From NCBI GenBank assembly GCA_963706285.1, contig CAVPLU010000013.1, forward strand, positions 1-64,000: 64,000 nucleotides of DNA, written 5' to 3'. This document shows positions 42,188 to 52,676 of the stretch, one piece after another. The notes under the pieces are model-generated. The model did no database searches and was not told where the DNA came from. It saw nothing but the letters and a program-made list of their open reading frames with translations. Made by a program: the position numbers and the translations under genes. This stretch comes from Candidatus Bathyarchaeota archaeon (GTDB taxonomy: Archaea > Thermoproteota > Bathyarchaeia > 40CM-2-53-6). The first letter of the stretch is position 1; the number at the start of each line of letters is the position of its first letter.

Positions 42188-42309
42188 TTGAGATTTACCC
42201 CAACAATGAAAGGCTATATGGCTCAGCCAGAATATGGCGCGCAACTCGGAAAATAATAGTTGCCCAGAAGCGTTACATTCATGATGGGGCGGCGTGAGGC
42301 TACAAGGGC

Positions 42310-43152
42310 TTGTCGATTATTCAGGCAAATCACCTGACCTTCACATACACCGGCGCTTCCACGGCCTCAATTCAAGATGTCTCGATCGCAGTTGCACCGG
42401 GTGAGTTCGTCGTCCTAACGGGCCCAAGCGGATGCGGGAAGACGACAATCTGCAGATGCCTAAACGGACTCATCCCGAACTTTTACTCGGGCGACTTTAC
42501 CGGCGAACTAATGGTTGACAATATGAATGTGAAAGATCACACAACGGCCGAGCTGGCAGCTCACGTAGGCATGGTTTTTCAAAATCCCGAAAACCAGCTC
42601 TTCTCACTAAGCGTCGAGAGAGATGTTGCCTTCGGACCCGAGAACCTGGGCCTGAGCAGAGAAGAGACAAGGAAGCGCGTCGACTGGGCTCTTGAAGCCA
42701 CCGGGATCACCCATCTCAAAGACAAGCCCCCCTACGAGCTCTCCGGAGGACAACAGCAACGAGCAGCGATCGCGTCGGTTCTAGCAATGCAACCGAAAGT
42801 CATGATCCTAGACGAGCCCACCTCGTTCCTGGACCCAAAATCAGCATTGGAGATTCTGGAAGTTATTTCTGACCTCAACGGGACGCTAGGGATGACCATT
42901 ATCCTTGTTGAACACCGACTTGATATTGTGTCCAAGCATGCAAATCGAGTCGTTGTAATGGATAGCGGAAAGATCGTCCTAGATGGCACTCCGAGCGATG
43001 TTTATGGCGAGCATGCCCGACTGATCGGAATAGGACTTCCCAGGGTCACGACGTTGTTCAACCTCCTACAAAGAGACGGTTTCGAATTCCCTCGAACACC
43101 GACTACAGTTGATGCAGCAGCAGACATTCTCAGAAAGATGTTGAGCAAATGA
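42310..43152 (+). CDS. ecfA1: ECF transporter ATPase A1
   Basis: GPSGCGKT, FQNPENQL, LSGGQQQR, LDEPT. Confidence 0.92.
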   Translation: MSIIQANHLTFTYTGASTASIQDVSIAVAPGEFVVLTGPSGCGKTTICRCLNGLIPNFYSGDFTGELMVDNMNVKDHTTAELAAHVGMVFQNPENQLFSLSVERDVAFGPENLGLSREETRKRVDWALEATGITHLKDKPPYELSGGQQQRAAIASVLAMQPKVMILDEPTSFLDPKSALEILEVISDLNGTLGMTIILVEHRLDIVSKHANRVVVMDSGKIVLDGTPSDVYGEHARLIGIGLPRVTTLFNLLQRDGFEFPRTPTTVDAAADILRKMLSK

Positions 43153-43971
43153 TAGAAACCCAGAACCTCACGTTCGCGTACCCGGGCTATCCCGATGTAC
43201 TTCGGGGCATCGACCTGACCATCAACGACGGTGAATTCGTTGCCATCATGGGAGAAAACGGAGCAGGAAAGACGACTCTAGTCAAGACCTTCAATGGCCT
43301 TCTCGCGCCCACCACTGGAAGAGTGAAGGTGGACGGCGTTGACACTCACGATTCCAGTGTCGCGAGACTCTCAAGGGACGTTGGGCTTGTGTTTCAGAAT
43401 CCAGATCACCAGCTCTTCTCCGAGACCGTCAGCGAGGAGCTCGCATTCTCACTTAGGAACTTCGGTTACAAGGAAAATACTATTGAACGACGGGTCGCTA
43501 GCATCCTAGAAACTCTTGACCTGACTCGTTATGCAGAATCATCCCCTTTCGTCTTAAGCGGAGGAGAAAGGAAGAGAGTTGCCCTAGCGGCAGTACTAGT
43601 GTGGAATCCGAAGCACGTAATCCTCGATGAACCAACTATCGGCCAAGACTATCAACAGAAGGACCGTCTGCGAAACTTCATAATCCAGCTGAATGCTCAG
43701 GGAAAGACAGTCATAATCATCACCCATGATGTCGAGTTCGTAGCGGAATGTAAACCTAGAATCGTCTTGCTATCGAAAGGACTGATCATAGGAGATCGTC
43801 CTGCAGAGGATCTTCTCACGGACGGACAACTGCTAGAGAGGGCATCGCTCACGCGACCACAGATCGGAGAGCTCATGTATCAACTCAGAGACTTCGGACT
43901 ATCCGCACGAGCTATCGATGTATACTCTGCGGAGAAGGCGATTCTGAGACGCACTAGGGGGACAGCGGTGA
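43149..43971 (+). CDS. ecfA2: ECF transporter ATPase A2 (+1 error near 43950)
   Basis: GENGAGKT, FQNPDHQL, LSGGERKR, LDEPTIGQD; corrected end LRALGGQR*. Confidence 0.9.
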
Positions 43972-44758
43972 GTGTCGCTCAAGATTTTCGACGGTTTCAA
44001 GTTCGCCAAGCTTCCCACACCTATTCACATGATGGATCCTCGCGCCAAGTTCATCATGACGATGGGGATATTTTCCGCTGCACTTCTGTTCTCTAACATC
44101 TACGCATTGATTGTGATCTTCCTCGTTCAACCACCGATCGTCTATCTTTCAAAGTCTTGGAAGAAATGGGTGGGATCGATGAGGGCCGGTCTTCTCCTTG
44201 CCTGTACTCATTTTCGTGATGAACTTCGTCTTTGGATCGACGTTTGTGTTCTCCGCAGCAATGACCCTTAGGTTTGTCACACTCATGTCCGCTTTTTCGT
44301 TGTTCTTCATGACTACCTCGCCCGACGATCTGGGCCTAGCTCTTGAACAAGCACACGTGCCCTACACCCTCTCGTTCACATTTACAACGGCGGTCCGATT
44401 GGTTCCGACGATGGCACTTGACGCCCAGACTGTAATAGACGCACAACGATCCAGAGGCCTAGAACTCGATAAGGGTAATTTCATGAAGCGGATAAGGAAT
44501 TACATTCCAATTCTGATCCCGCTAATAGTATCTGCTATCAGAAGGAGCATCGAGCTTGCAGAAGCCCTTGAATCAAGAGGATTCGGAGCGAGCCCGAACC
44601 GCCAACCGCTTATTGTGCTACGCATGAAATCTACCGATTACCTTGTCATCATCTTGACAGCGCTGATGTTCGCGTTGGCGGTGTACGTGTATTTCTTTGT
44701 ACCGCTCCCAACGCTTGATGTCCCGATCAAAATGCCGAAGATATTCCCGTGGTTCTAA
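43972..44758 (+). CDS. ecfT: ECF transporter transmembrane component T (+1 error near 44201)
   Basis: DPRAK, TTSPDDL, AQRSRG and ALESRGF motifs. Confidence 0.9.
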
Positions 44759-44855
44759 TTAGCAGACAATTGCACCGAGAGCTAGAGACAGTCGTTGCAG
44801 ATAGAGCACGCGAACGCAATGGCAAGAGTAAAGAGACCTTGTCTCGTTCTACCTT

Positions 44856-45470
44856 ATGATCGGTGTCTATTTGCGGCTCGAATCGTATCAGCGCGTGACC
44901 AAGGATCTCATTGAAAGTGTCAGAGAATCTCTGACCCGAGTCAACCTAGACCAAGTTGAGAAGATGATTGTGGAGATGCTCGTTTCCACCGACCGACGCA
45001 TCCTTGTCATAGGAACGGGAAGATCGGGCCTAGTTGGACGAGCTTTCGCTATGCGGCTAATGCACTTAGGCTTTCAGGTATACGTAATGGGGGAGACGAT
45101 TACACCTTCGATCGGAAGAGGCGATTTAGTCCTTGCATTGTCAGGGTCGGGCACAACCAAACTGGTGGTTACGGCAGCGGAGATTGGCAAGACTGTTGGC
45201 GCAAAGATCATAGCCGTTACATCCTACCCAGACTCTGACATAGCAAAATTGGCAGATCACATAGTAGTAATCAAAGGCCGCACCAAAGTCGCGGATGAAC
45301 AGGACTACTTCCTGCGACAGCTGATGGGGGAACATGAACCAATGGCTCCCCTTGGCACCGTCTTCGAAATCAGCATGATGACTTTCTTGGACGGAGTCGT
45401 TGTAGAACTAATGCGACGCCTCGGCCTTACCGAGAAAGAATTGAGAAAAAGACACGCGACAATCGAATAG
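44856..45470 (+). CDS. hxlB: 6-phospho-3-hexuloisomerase
   Basis: GTGRSGLVGRAFAMRLMHLG, SGSGTT, APLGTVFE, RHATIE. Confidence 0.94.
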   Translation: MIGVYLRLESYQRVTKDLIESVRESLTRVNLDQVEKMIVEMLVSTDRRILVIGTGRSGLVGRAFAMRLMHLGFQVYVMGETITPSIGRGDLVLALSGSGTTKLVVTAAEIGKTVGAKIIAVTSYPDSDIAKLADHIVVIKGRTKVADEQDYFLRQLMGEHEPMAPLGTVFEISMMTFLDGVVVELMRRLGLTEKELRKRHATIE

Positions 45471-45614
45471 CCCACGATCCCACGCAGATCGCGGATGTTG
45501 CTGGTTTCGCGATAAACGTGGAGCCAAGGACGAGTAATGGCCTGCATGCCGGTAAGGATCACTGAGTGAAAGGCTTTTTGCGGACTGAAGAGAGGTCTTG
45601 ACAACGAGCGAACC

Positions 45615-46929
45615 ATGTCTCTTCTTGTTCGTAATTGCTCTTGGATAGTGACTCAGGACGCCTCTAGAAATGTTCTCAGGAACTCCTCGGTATATGTCAA
45701 AGACGGGCGGATTGCAGAGATCGGCGAGAAGGTGTCGAGCGACGCTGATCGAGTTCTAGATGCACAAGGGATGATCCTTCTACCTGGGCTTGTCAACGTC
45801 CATACCCACGTCCCGATGGTTATCTTCAGGGGATACGCTGACGACATGCAACTACAGGAGTGGCATAGCAAAAGAATCTGGAAACTTGAGCCTAACATGA
45901 CAGGGGAGACTTGCTACTGGGGAAACATGCTTGGATGCCTAGAAATGATTTCCTCCGGTACCACGACTTTCAACGACATGTACTTCTTCGTTGAGGAAGA
46001 GGTAAAGGCGGTTTGTGAGGCAGGCCTTAGAGCAGTTCTATCTTCAGTCGTCATAGACGACACTCCTGATCCGAAACTCCGCAAAGAGAACGCTAGCAAA
46101 GTGCTTGACTTTCTCAAACGGTTGAGAAACGATCTTATTACACCTGCAATAGCACCGCACGCGATCTATTCCTGTTCAGAAGAAACGCTCCTCTGGGCGA
46201 AGGAGACAGCTGACAGGGAACACATTTCAGTTCACACCCACATGGCGGAAACGAAAATAGAGCAGGCTGACGTAGAGAACAAACGAAAGATGAAAGTCGT
46301 CGAATATCTAGACAGAATCGGTTTCCTCGGCTCCAATGTTATTGGAGCACACTGCGTATGGCTCAGCAGCAACGAGATTAAACTGTTAGGAAAATCAGGC
46401 ACAAAAGTGGCTCATTGTCCTGTGTCGAACATGAAACTCGCCGTAGGCGGGACGGCACCGGTTCCAGAGATGCTGCGAAGCGGTGTCTCTGTCGGGCTTG
46501 GCACCGATGGTGCAGCAAGCAACAATACTTTGGACATGTTCGAGACTATGAAAGTCTGTGCACTTTTGCACAAACATTCACGTTCGGATCCCACCGTATT
46601 GCCAGCTCAAATGGCTCTTGACCTCGCAACCAGAGAAGGAGCCAAAGCGTTGGGTATGGAGGAGGACTATCGGAAGCATAGAAGCAGGCAAGTTAGCCGA
46701 CATGATCCTCGTGGATACTCGCGGCCCTAACCTGATGCCGATCCACGGGAAAGACACTGTGATCTCTGATCTTGTCTACTCGGCAGGCCGCGCCAATGTC
46801 GACTCAACCATCGTTAATGGTCGCCTCTTAATGGAAAAGCGCCAGTTCACCACGCTAGATCCGAAGATGATCATGGACAATGTTGACCGAGTAACACAGG
46901 ATCTGCTCGCTCGTTCGAGCAAGAGCTAG
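45615..46929 (+). CDS. amidohydrolase (MtaD/DadD-like deaminase; +1 error near 46668)
   Basis: NVHTH, PHAIY, HTHMAET, AHCV, LGTDGAASNN; GSIEAGKLAD in the next frame. Confidence 0.9.
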
Positions 46930-47633
46930 GCGGATTTTTCGGCTAAATCGGCTCTGATAATATCGAGGTAGCCAGAGTCTCCTTTCCAAGTCGGCCGTGC
47001 TTCAGCAATTCGAATTCTTTTCGCAAAAATGGGGGCGTCTGTTACGTAGGTTTCTGCTTCGCCTCCTTCGAAGACCAGGCTGATTCCGTACTTTCTGTTG
47101 ATGTCTTTTAGTTCGTCTATGGCTTCGCTGTCGATTTTACGTCCGAGCCAGCTCGAGTCTAGGCCCATAGCCATGCATGCTGTCAGTATGAACTGGAAGC
47201 CCATCTGAACTTGCTCTCTCAGCAGGCCTTCCGGGTCTCTCCTCCACAAAGGAGCGATCGATCGGAGACCAAGCTCGCTGCAGATTCTCTCTATGCGTGA
47301 ATTCTGGTATTCACTGGCAATTGCGCCCGTTACAACACAGTCAATCTTGTGCGTGTTGGCAAGTCCCAGCAGCGCTTCCTTCATGGGTCGAAGTTCCTCC
47401 TCTTTGATGCCCGAAGCCCTTGCGGTTACTTGCGTAATGCCGATGGCCTCAGCCTGAAGGCGAGTCCACTCCAGGCCCGGATGATGAAACATCCATGAAT
47501 CGCTCCGTTCAGGAAAAATCGTGAGAAGGCATACTACCTCGTGCGCTTGATGAATAGCCCACCAGAGTGCGAAGGTGCTGTCTTTTCCTCCGCTGAACAG
47601 CACACAAGTTCGCAACCTAAGCGCCTGCCTCAT
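46926..47633 (-). CDS. dph6: diphthine--ammonia ligase (Dph6)
   Basis: FSGGKDS, SWMFH, GAIASEYQ, PLW, EGGEAET. Confidence 0.9.
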   Translation of the reverse strand: MRQALRLRTCVLFSGGKDSTFALWWAIHQAHEVVCLLTIFPERSDSWMFHHPGLEWTRLQAEAIGITQVTARASGIKEEELRPMKEALLGLANTHKIDCVVTGAIASEYQNSRIERICSELGLRSIAPLWRRDPEGLLREQVQMGFQFILTACMAMGLDSSWLGRKIDSEAIDELKDINRKYGISLVFEGGEAETYVTDAPIFAKRIRIAEARPTWKGDSGYLDIIRADLAEKSA

Positions 47634-47690
47634 TCAGTTGCCAAGCATCGATCTTGGGCGACCTAGCCAGATAGCCTTCGCATATCACGC

Positions 47691-48008
47691 TCACGTTTTG
47701 CTCCACGAATGCTGACACTTTGTGCATCTCAAGCGCTCTATTGATCTCTCTTGCCTGATCCCCGCATGCTCTCCGGCTACGGCAGAAACGCTGCGATAGG
47801 CTTCGGGATTGCCGCATTGAGGGCATGTTTCGTGAACCGTCACATACTCAGCTTCTTTCTTCTCGACCACTTCAATCCCAGAGGATTGAGAATGCTCAAT
47901 ATGTCGAACTTGGACTGCTTGATCATGAACTTGATTCCCACACTTGGGACAAGAGAACCCGCCGGATACCTTCTGCATGTATGATCCACATTTCTCACAA
48001 AACTTCAA
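47691..48008 (-). CDS. TFS/RpoM-like double Zn-ribbon protein, non-canonical
   Basis: KFCEKCGSYM..CPKCG and CPQCGNPEAY...RCTKCQHSW; lacks the QTRSADE motif. Confidence 0.75.
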   Translation of the reverse strand: MKFCEKCGSYMQKVSGGFSCPKCGNQVHDQAVQVRHIEHSQSSGIEVVEKKEAEYVTVHETCPQCGNPEAYRSVSAVAGEHAGIRQERSIERLRCTKCQHSWSKT

Positions 48009-48102
48009 GCATTTCCACCAGCAATGATTCCAATCATTATCAGAACCCTCTAGACTCGCACGAACAAAGTACGGACAGGTGTTCCACTCGATAAGATGCT
48101 TG

Positions 48103-49701
48103 TCAATTAAGCATACCCTTTCTGGCAAATTGCTTGTCGTAGAGGCTTTGCAGTCGTTGCAGGGAATCTACCTCGTCGACACTCTTGTCATTTCTGATTC
48201 TTGCTATTCTTGCGAATCTCAACGCAAAACCGGACTTGTAGTGTGGGCTTCGTTGAATTTCATCGTATGCAACTTCGACTACTATACTGGGTTTAACGGT
48301 GACGGTGAAGCCTGTTTCCGATATTTTCAGTTCTCGGAGTCTGTTGGTCATCTCTCTGAACTCTTCATCGGTCAGGCCCTTGAAGGTCTTCCCTACTACC
48401 AGAAACCCACCGGCGTTCTCGTCTCGAACTGCTAGGTGATAGTTGGATAGCCAGCCAGTTCTGCGTCCATATCCCCAGTCTGCCGCAACGATGACTAGGT
48501 CCAGTGTCTCCGCTCGCTTCAGCTTGAACCATCTTTTGCCTCTTTTTCCGACCTCATATTTGCTATCCAAGGCTTTCGCCATCAGGCCCTCGTGTCCCTC
48601 GGCAAGCGCCTTGTCGAAGAGAGATTCAATCTCCGCCTCGTCTCTGGAAATTTGGCGAGGCACTAGCAGTTCCTGCGGAACATCTTGCTCCAAGATCTCT
48701 CGTCTTTCATTGTAGCTTCTATTCACTAACTCGTTGTCGCCCAGAACAAGAATGTCGAAAAGATGCAGCTGCAGAGGGATTTCAGTGGTAGCCCTCGCAA
48801 TGTCATGAACTCGCCGAAATCGACGCATGAGATCCTGGAACGGCAGAGGTCTTCCACTCCCATCGACAGCTATTACCTCCGCCTCGAGGAGAACTCGTTT
48901 GCTTCTCACACGATCTCTGGCGATCGTTACGATCTCTGGGATACTTGCGGTGACATCGCTTAGCCTCCTACTGAAGATGCGGACTTTTTCACCCTGTTTA
49001 TGGATCTGCACTCGCGCACCGTCGTACTTGTATTCGAATCCAGTGCCATGCCTGTGGCATTCAAGAACGTCTCGGATGCTACTTGCCATTTCTGCTAGCA
49101 TGGGCCTGACAGGATTGAATATGATGATCTTCGCTGTCTCCACTGCATTCGGGTCCGCGAGGGCCAGTTCTGCAATATGTCCGATGTCGCCCATCGTCAT
49201 GTAGGCCCGGCGTACCTTCTCTAAGCTGAGTTTGGAAGCGACTGCGATCGCGGCTAGTAGGACCCCATCTACTGCACCTATCTCCATCTCACCGGAGAGT
49301 AATCTGAAGACGTATTTCCTCTCAAGCTCACTAAATCTTGAGAATAGTCCCTGGAGAATATTCTCGGCTCGCTGTTGCCTATCTGGGCCGCTCAAAGAAG
49401 AAAGTGACTCGAAGGCTTTGCCCACGTCGAGTATGCTCAGCCTCGTCTCGGTCGGTAGCAAGGAAACTTGCAGGCTATCTGCTTTAGCAAGTCTCCAAAG
49501 AGCGGCAGCGCCTACACCTAGCGTTTTCATCTCCTGTTCGCCAAACACGCGACCCGTGAGGAAACGAACCGCAAATGGAACTTCGGCGGGCTGAAGACTA
49601 GAGATGAACCTCGAGATCTGCTGCACCTTTTCGCTACGGCTTCTAGTTGCTTCCAATCTCTTGCAGAGTTCAGCGAAATCCAGAAAGGAAGTTGTGGGCA
49701 C
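48103..49701 (-). CDS. lig: ATP-dependent DNA ligase
   Basis: PMLA, EYKYDGARVQIH, EGLMAK, WFKLK, ALRFAR. Confidence 0.96.
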   Translation of the reverse strand: MPTTSFLDFAELCKRLEATRSRSEKVQQISRFISSLQPAEVPFAVRFLTGRVFGEQEMKTLGVGAAALWRLAKADSLQVSLLPTETRLSILDVGKAFESLSSLSGPDRQQRAENILQGLFSRFSELERKYVFRLLSGEMEIGAVDGVLLAAIAVASKLSLEKVRRAYMTMGDIGHIAELALADPNAVETAKIIIFNPVRPMLAEMASSIRDVLECHRHGTGFEYKYDGARVQIHKQGEKVRIFSRRLSDVTASIPEIVTIARDRVRSKRVLLEAEVIAVDGSGRPLPFQDLMRRFRRVHDIARATTEIPLQLHLFDILVLGDNELVNRSYNERREILEQDVPQELLVPRQISRDEAEIESLFDKALAEGHEGLMAKALDSKYEVGKRGKRWFKLKRAETLDLVIVAADWGYGRRTGWLSNYHLAVRDENAGGFLVVGKTFKGLTDEEFREMTNRLRELKISETGFTVTVKPSIVVEVAYDEIQRSPHYKSGFALRFARIARIRNDKSVDEVDSLQRLQSLYDKQFARKGMLN

Positions 49702-49736
49702 CTTTCGTCACATCGACATAAGTTGGACCTTATTCA

Positions 49737-50765
49737 TTAGCTCAGCCAACGAACCAAGTCGAATTCCCCGCTAGGTTTGGATATCTTTCTCAAGCGTTCC
49801 AACGCAACGTTCACTCGCTCCCGTGAGAAACCTCTTTCGTCGCACAGGAAGCTCACTAGTCCCTCCTCATCAACGGATCTCTGCAGAGTTGAGTACTCCG
49901 TCGTGACATTCGGCTTTAGGAATATGTTCCGTAGGGTTCCTATATCGACTGGCAGTTTATCTTTCAGGTCATCCGGTAGGGCTTCGAGCGACTCGTAACG
50001 TTTGATTAGCTTGAGCGCAGTCTTCGGACCTATCCCCTTGACACCCTTGTTGAAGTCGGTTCCAATCAATATCGCCAGATCTACAAGCTGAGCCTGCGTT
50101 ATTCCGTGATAGCTGAGAAAGGTTGAGAGCTCTATCAGTTCAGGCCTCAATGGACGGGAGATGCCTTTGCTCGGCAGGAACTTGCGGCCAGAAATGGTGA
50201 GATATCGCACAACGCGGGGACTGCCGAACAGTATTGAGTCATAATCTTGGCTGCTGGTTGCCCAGACGTCTCCACACGAATTCATGAATGCTGCCTGTGC
50301 CTCACCTTCGCCGGGTGCCTGGACATAGGGTACACCAATGAGCGACAGCAAGCGCTTTGCATCATCTATCATTGCCTGATCGAGTTTGCTCATCATCACC
50401 GCCTTGGACCAAGCAGTGTGGAAATCATGCCTTCGCAGCGCCTCACTCCATTCCGCCCTTGCTTTTTCTCTAACAGTTCTTCTCTCAGCCAGCACCCTCG
50501 CCTTCAACGGGTGCGGTTGACCATCAAAGACGAATACCAATCTCAAATCATAGTCAAGCATGAGCCGTGTGGATCGAAACAGCAATCCAGCCAAATGTGA
50601 AGTTGTTCGACCGTTCGGATCCTTGAGCGAAACACCATTCGCTGTCCTGATCAGCGACAAAAATTGGTAGAGGGTGTTGTTGGCGTCAACAACTAGCAAC
50701 CTTCGTCGCAATTGCTCAAGCTTGATTTCCGTTCGAACAATTATTGGGCGAAGGTTGCAGCCCAA
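49737..50765 (-). CDS. fen: flap endonuclease 1
   Basis: VDANNTLYQFL, VFVFDG, EGEAQAA, SQDYDS, GTDFN..GIGPKTALKL. Confidence 0.96.
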   Translation of the reverse strand: MGCNLRPIIVRTEIKLEQLRRRLLVVDANNTLYQFLSLIRTANGVSLKDPNGRTTSHLAGLLFRSTRLMLDYDLRLVFVFDGQPHPLKARVLAERRTVREKARAEWSEALRRHDFHTAWSKAVMMSKLDQAMIDDAKRLLSLIGVPYVQAPGEGEAQAAFMNSCGDVWATSSQDYDSILFGSPRVVRYLTISGRKFLPSKGISRPLRPELIELSTFLSYHGITQAQLVDLAILIGTDFNKGVKGIGPKTALKLIKRYESLEALPDDLKDKLPVDIGTLRNIFLKPNVTTEYSTLQRSVDEEGLVSFLCDERGFSRERVNVALERLRKISKPSGEFDLVRWLS

Positions 50766-50825
50766 CTTCGAGACTTCCAATGGCGCGTGACGCAGGCGTC
50801 ATAATCTTTGTGCGAGCGTACAGGT

Positions 50826-51926
50826 TCATGAATAGCCTAGATAGCTATTGACGGATTTCACGTCGAACTTGTCGGTGTCAAGAACGGCGCGTATGAAGTT
50901 GAAGAATCGTCTCCTGTTGTCTCTCCCCAAGTTGGGATACCAGATGGGACTCGCGACAACTAAAGATCTCCAAACATAGAAGGGCTGGATCACTTCAAGC
51001 AATTCATCGTCCCTTGTCGCGTCAAAGTAGGTTTTCATAAACAGCTCGTAGAGTTGATCAAACGGGCTGGCCAGTCTGCCGTGTACCTGGATTGAGAACA
51101 AGAGATAGTTGATAGACATCGCTGCCACATCATCCGCCGCTTCGCCCCATTCTGCTCGACTCCGATCCAAAGCCGTGAAGTCGGTTCCCTTTCGGAACAT
51201 GACGTTGAAGGGATGAAAGTCACCGTGGACTCTGCTTAGAGGACGAGACTTGTCCTTGAGCTTCCACCGCCACTCAACACACTTCTTCTCAATCTCCTTG
51301 AGCTCCCCTTTCTCTAGGAAATCTGCTTCCTTTGAGTAGCTGTCAATCAGGCCCATGATGCACTCTCCGTGACCAACCAGATCCCGCACTGTCCGCACGT
51401 ACAGGTCAGGCGCTTCTCTCTTGACCTTATGAAGACGAGCGATGTAGTTCGCGAGAGCCACGCATCTTCTCAGATCCGTCTGCGTCATGACGCCTGAATC
51501 TCTGATTCTTTCAAGGTCCTTGTAGTAGCCTTCACCGTCGACTTTCTCGAGTAGGATAAAGAATTCTGAGAAGTCGCCCACGGACCTAAGTTCATTCTTC
51601 TTGGTGAACACTCCAACATCAAGAGACCGAACATGCTTCGGCAGACGATTGTACGTGCTATGAGCGAAGAGGAGTGATTGTGCTCTGTCCCATGGGAAGT
51701 TGTGACCGAACCCGCCTGGGCGCATTGTTTCTAGAACGCCGGCCTTCACGCTTCTCCCAACCTTGTATTCGATCAGATAGGGGGTCCCGTATCCGAAGCC
51801 CTTCAGTTTCCCAACAAGTTTCGTCCTCTTCGGCCTCTGAAGACCTCCCACACGCACGATCTCTACGTCTCGCTTCTCAAGCGAGCTCAAGTAGTCTCTC
51901 AATGCGTCAAGTCTCAAGTCAGCCAT
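50826..51926 (-). CDS. aminoglycoside phosphotransferase/kinase-like protein
   Basis: HGDFHPFN catalytic loop, LDRSR. Confidence 0.8.
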   Translation of the reverse strand: MADLRLDALRDYLSSLEKRDVEIVRVGGLQRPKRTKLVGKLKGFGYGTPYLIEYKVGRSVKAGVLETMRPGGFGHNFPWDRAQSLLFAHSTYNRLPKHVRSLDVGVFTKKNELRSVGDFSEFFILLEKVDGEGYYKDLERIRDSGVMTQTDLRRCVALANYIARLHKVKREAPDLYVRTVRDLVGHGECIMGLIDSYSKEADFLEKGELKEIEKKCVEWRWKLKDKSRPLSRVHGDFHPFNVMFRKGTDFTALDRSRAEWGEAADDVAAMSINYLLFSIQVHGRLASPFDQLYELFMKTYFDATRDDELLEVIQPFYVWRSLVVASPIWYPNLGRDNRRRFFNFIRAVLDTDKFDVKSVNSYLGYS

Positions 51927-51989
51927 CTTGTGTGCTTCCAGTTCAAGCAGAGCGCACATTTGCACAAAACACTAGCGTTTTGACGCCGT

Positions 51990-52547
51990 TCAATGAGAGC
52001 AATGGCTGTATCTGTCTATGATGAATCTCACTATCTGCTCCGCCGACTGGTTGGGTCTGAGCTTTGACGTGTTCACTTCAAGTTCTGGATGGAGGGGGGC
52101 TTCATATGGAACTCCAATTCCTGGAACGGTTTTGCTGGCGCCCGTTCTTGCCTTGTCATAGATCCGCGATGGTGCCCCGAAGCTTCTTTTCCGTCTTCTT
52201 TCTCGTTCCATGCAGACTTCAAGCGGACACTTGATGTAGACTTCGCCAAAACGCGGGATGCTCCGCCTTGCCGCGGTACGATACATTCGTCTATTGGCAG
52301 TGGCATCGATGATGACGTTAGTTCCATTCTGGGTGAGCATTTTGGCAACGAGTACCAGCGCTCCATAGACGATTCGCCTTTCCTCCTCAGTGTACTCTGG
52401 TTTGGGTGTGAGTGACTCTCTCACCATTTCAACTGAGAGCACCTGAGCCTGAACGCGTCGAGCAAGGAGCTTTCTCGCAACGAGGCGAGCGAGCGTGGAC
52501 TTGCCGCTTCCAGGCATTCCAGTAAGCCAGATTGCCCATCCTCTCAT
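51990..52547 (-). CDS. adenylyl-sulfate kinase-like P-loop kinase
   Basis: IWLTGMPGSGKST, EVYIKCPLEVC, PYEAP. Confidence 0.8.
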   Translation of the reverse strand: MRGWAIWLTGMPGSGKSTLARLVARKLLARRVQAQVLSVEMVRESLTPKPEYTEEERRIVYGALVLVAKMLTQNGTNVIIDATANRRMYRTAARRSIPRFGEVYIKCPLEVCMERERRRKRSFGAPSRIYDKARTGASKTVPGIGVPYEAPLHPELEVNTSKLRPNQSAEQIVRFIIDRYSHCSH

Positions 52548-52611
52548 TGTGAAACCTTCGTTGGAACTCGCGAACTCCGTTGTGAGATCTTTTCGAGTTC
52601 GGATTCGAGCT

Positions 52612-52627
52612 GGAAAAGTATAAAAGG
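52612..52627 (+). promoter_or_regulatory. BRE/TATA promoter of the EF-2 gene (SD-like AGGAG at 52666-52670)
   Basis: GGAAAAG-TATAAAAG about 50 nt upstream of the ATG at 52677. Confidence 0.6.
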
Positions 52628-52676
52628 CATCTGAAGGTTGTGCAGCCCACTTTCAAAGTGAAGATAGGAGATTGAG

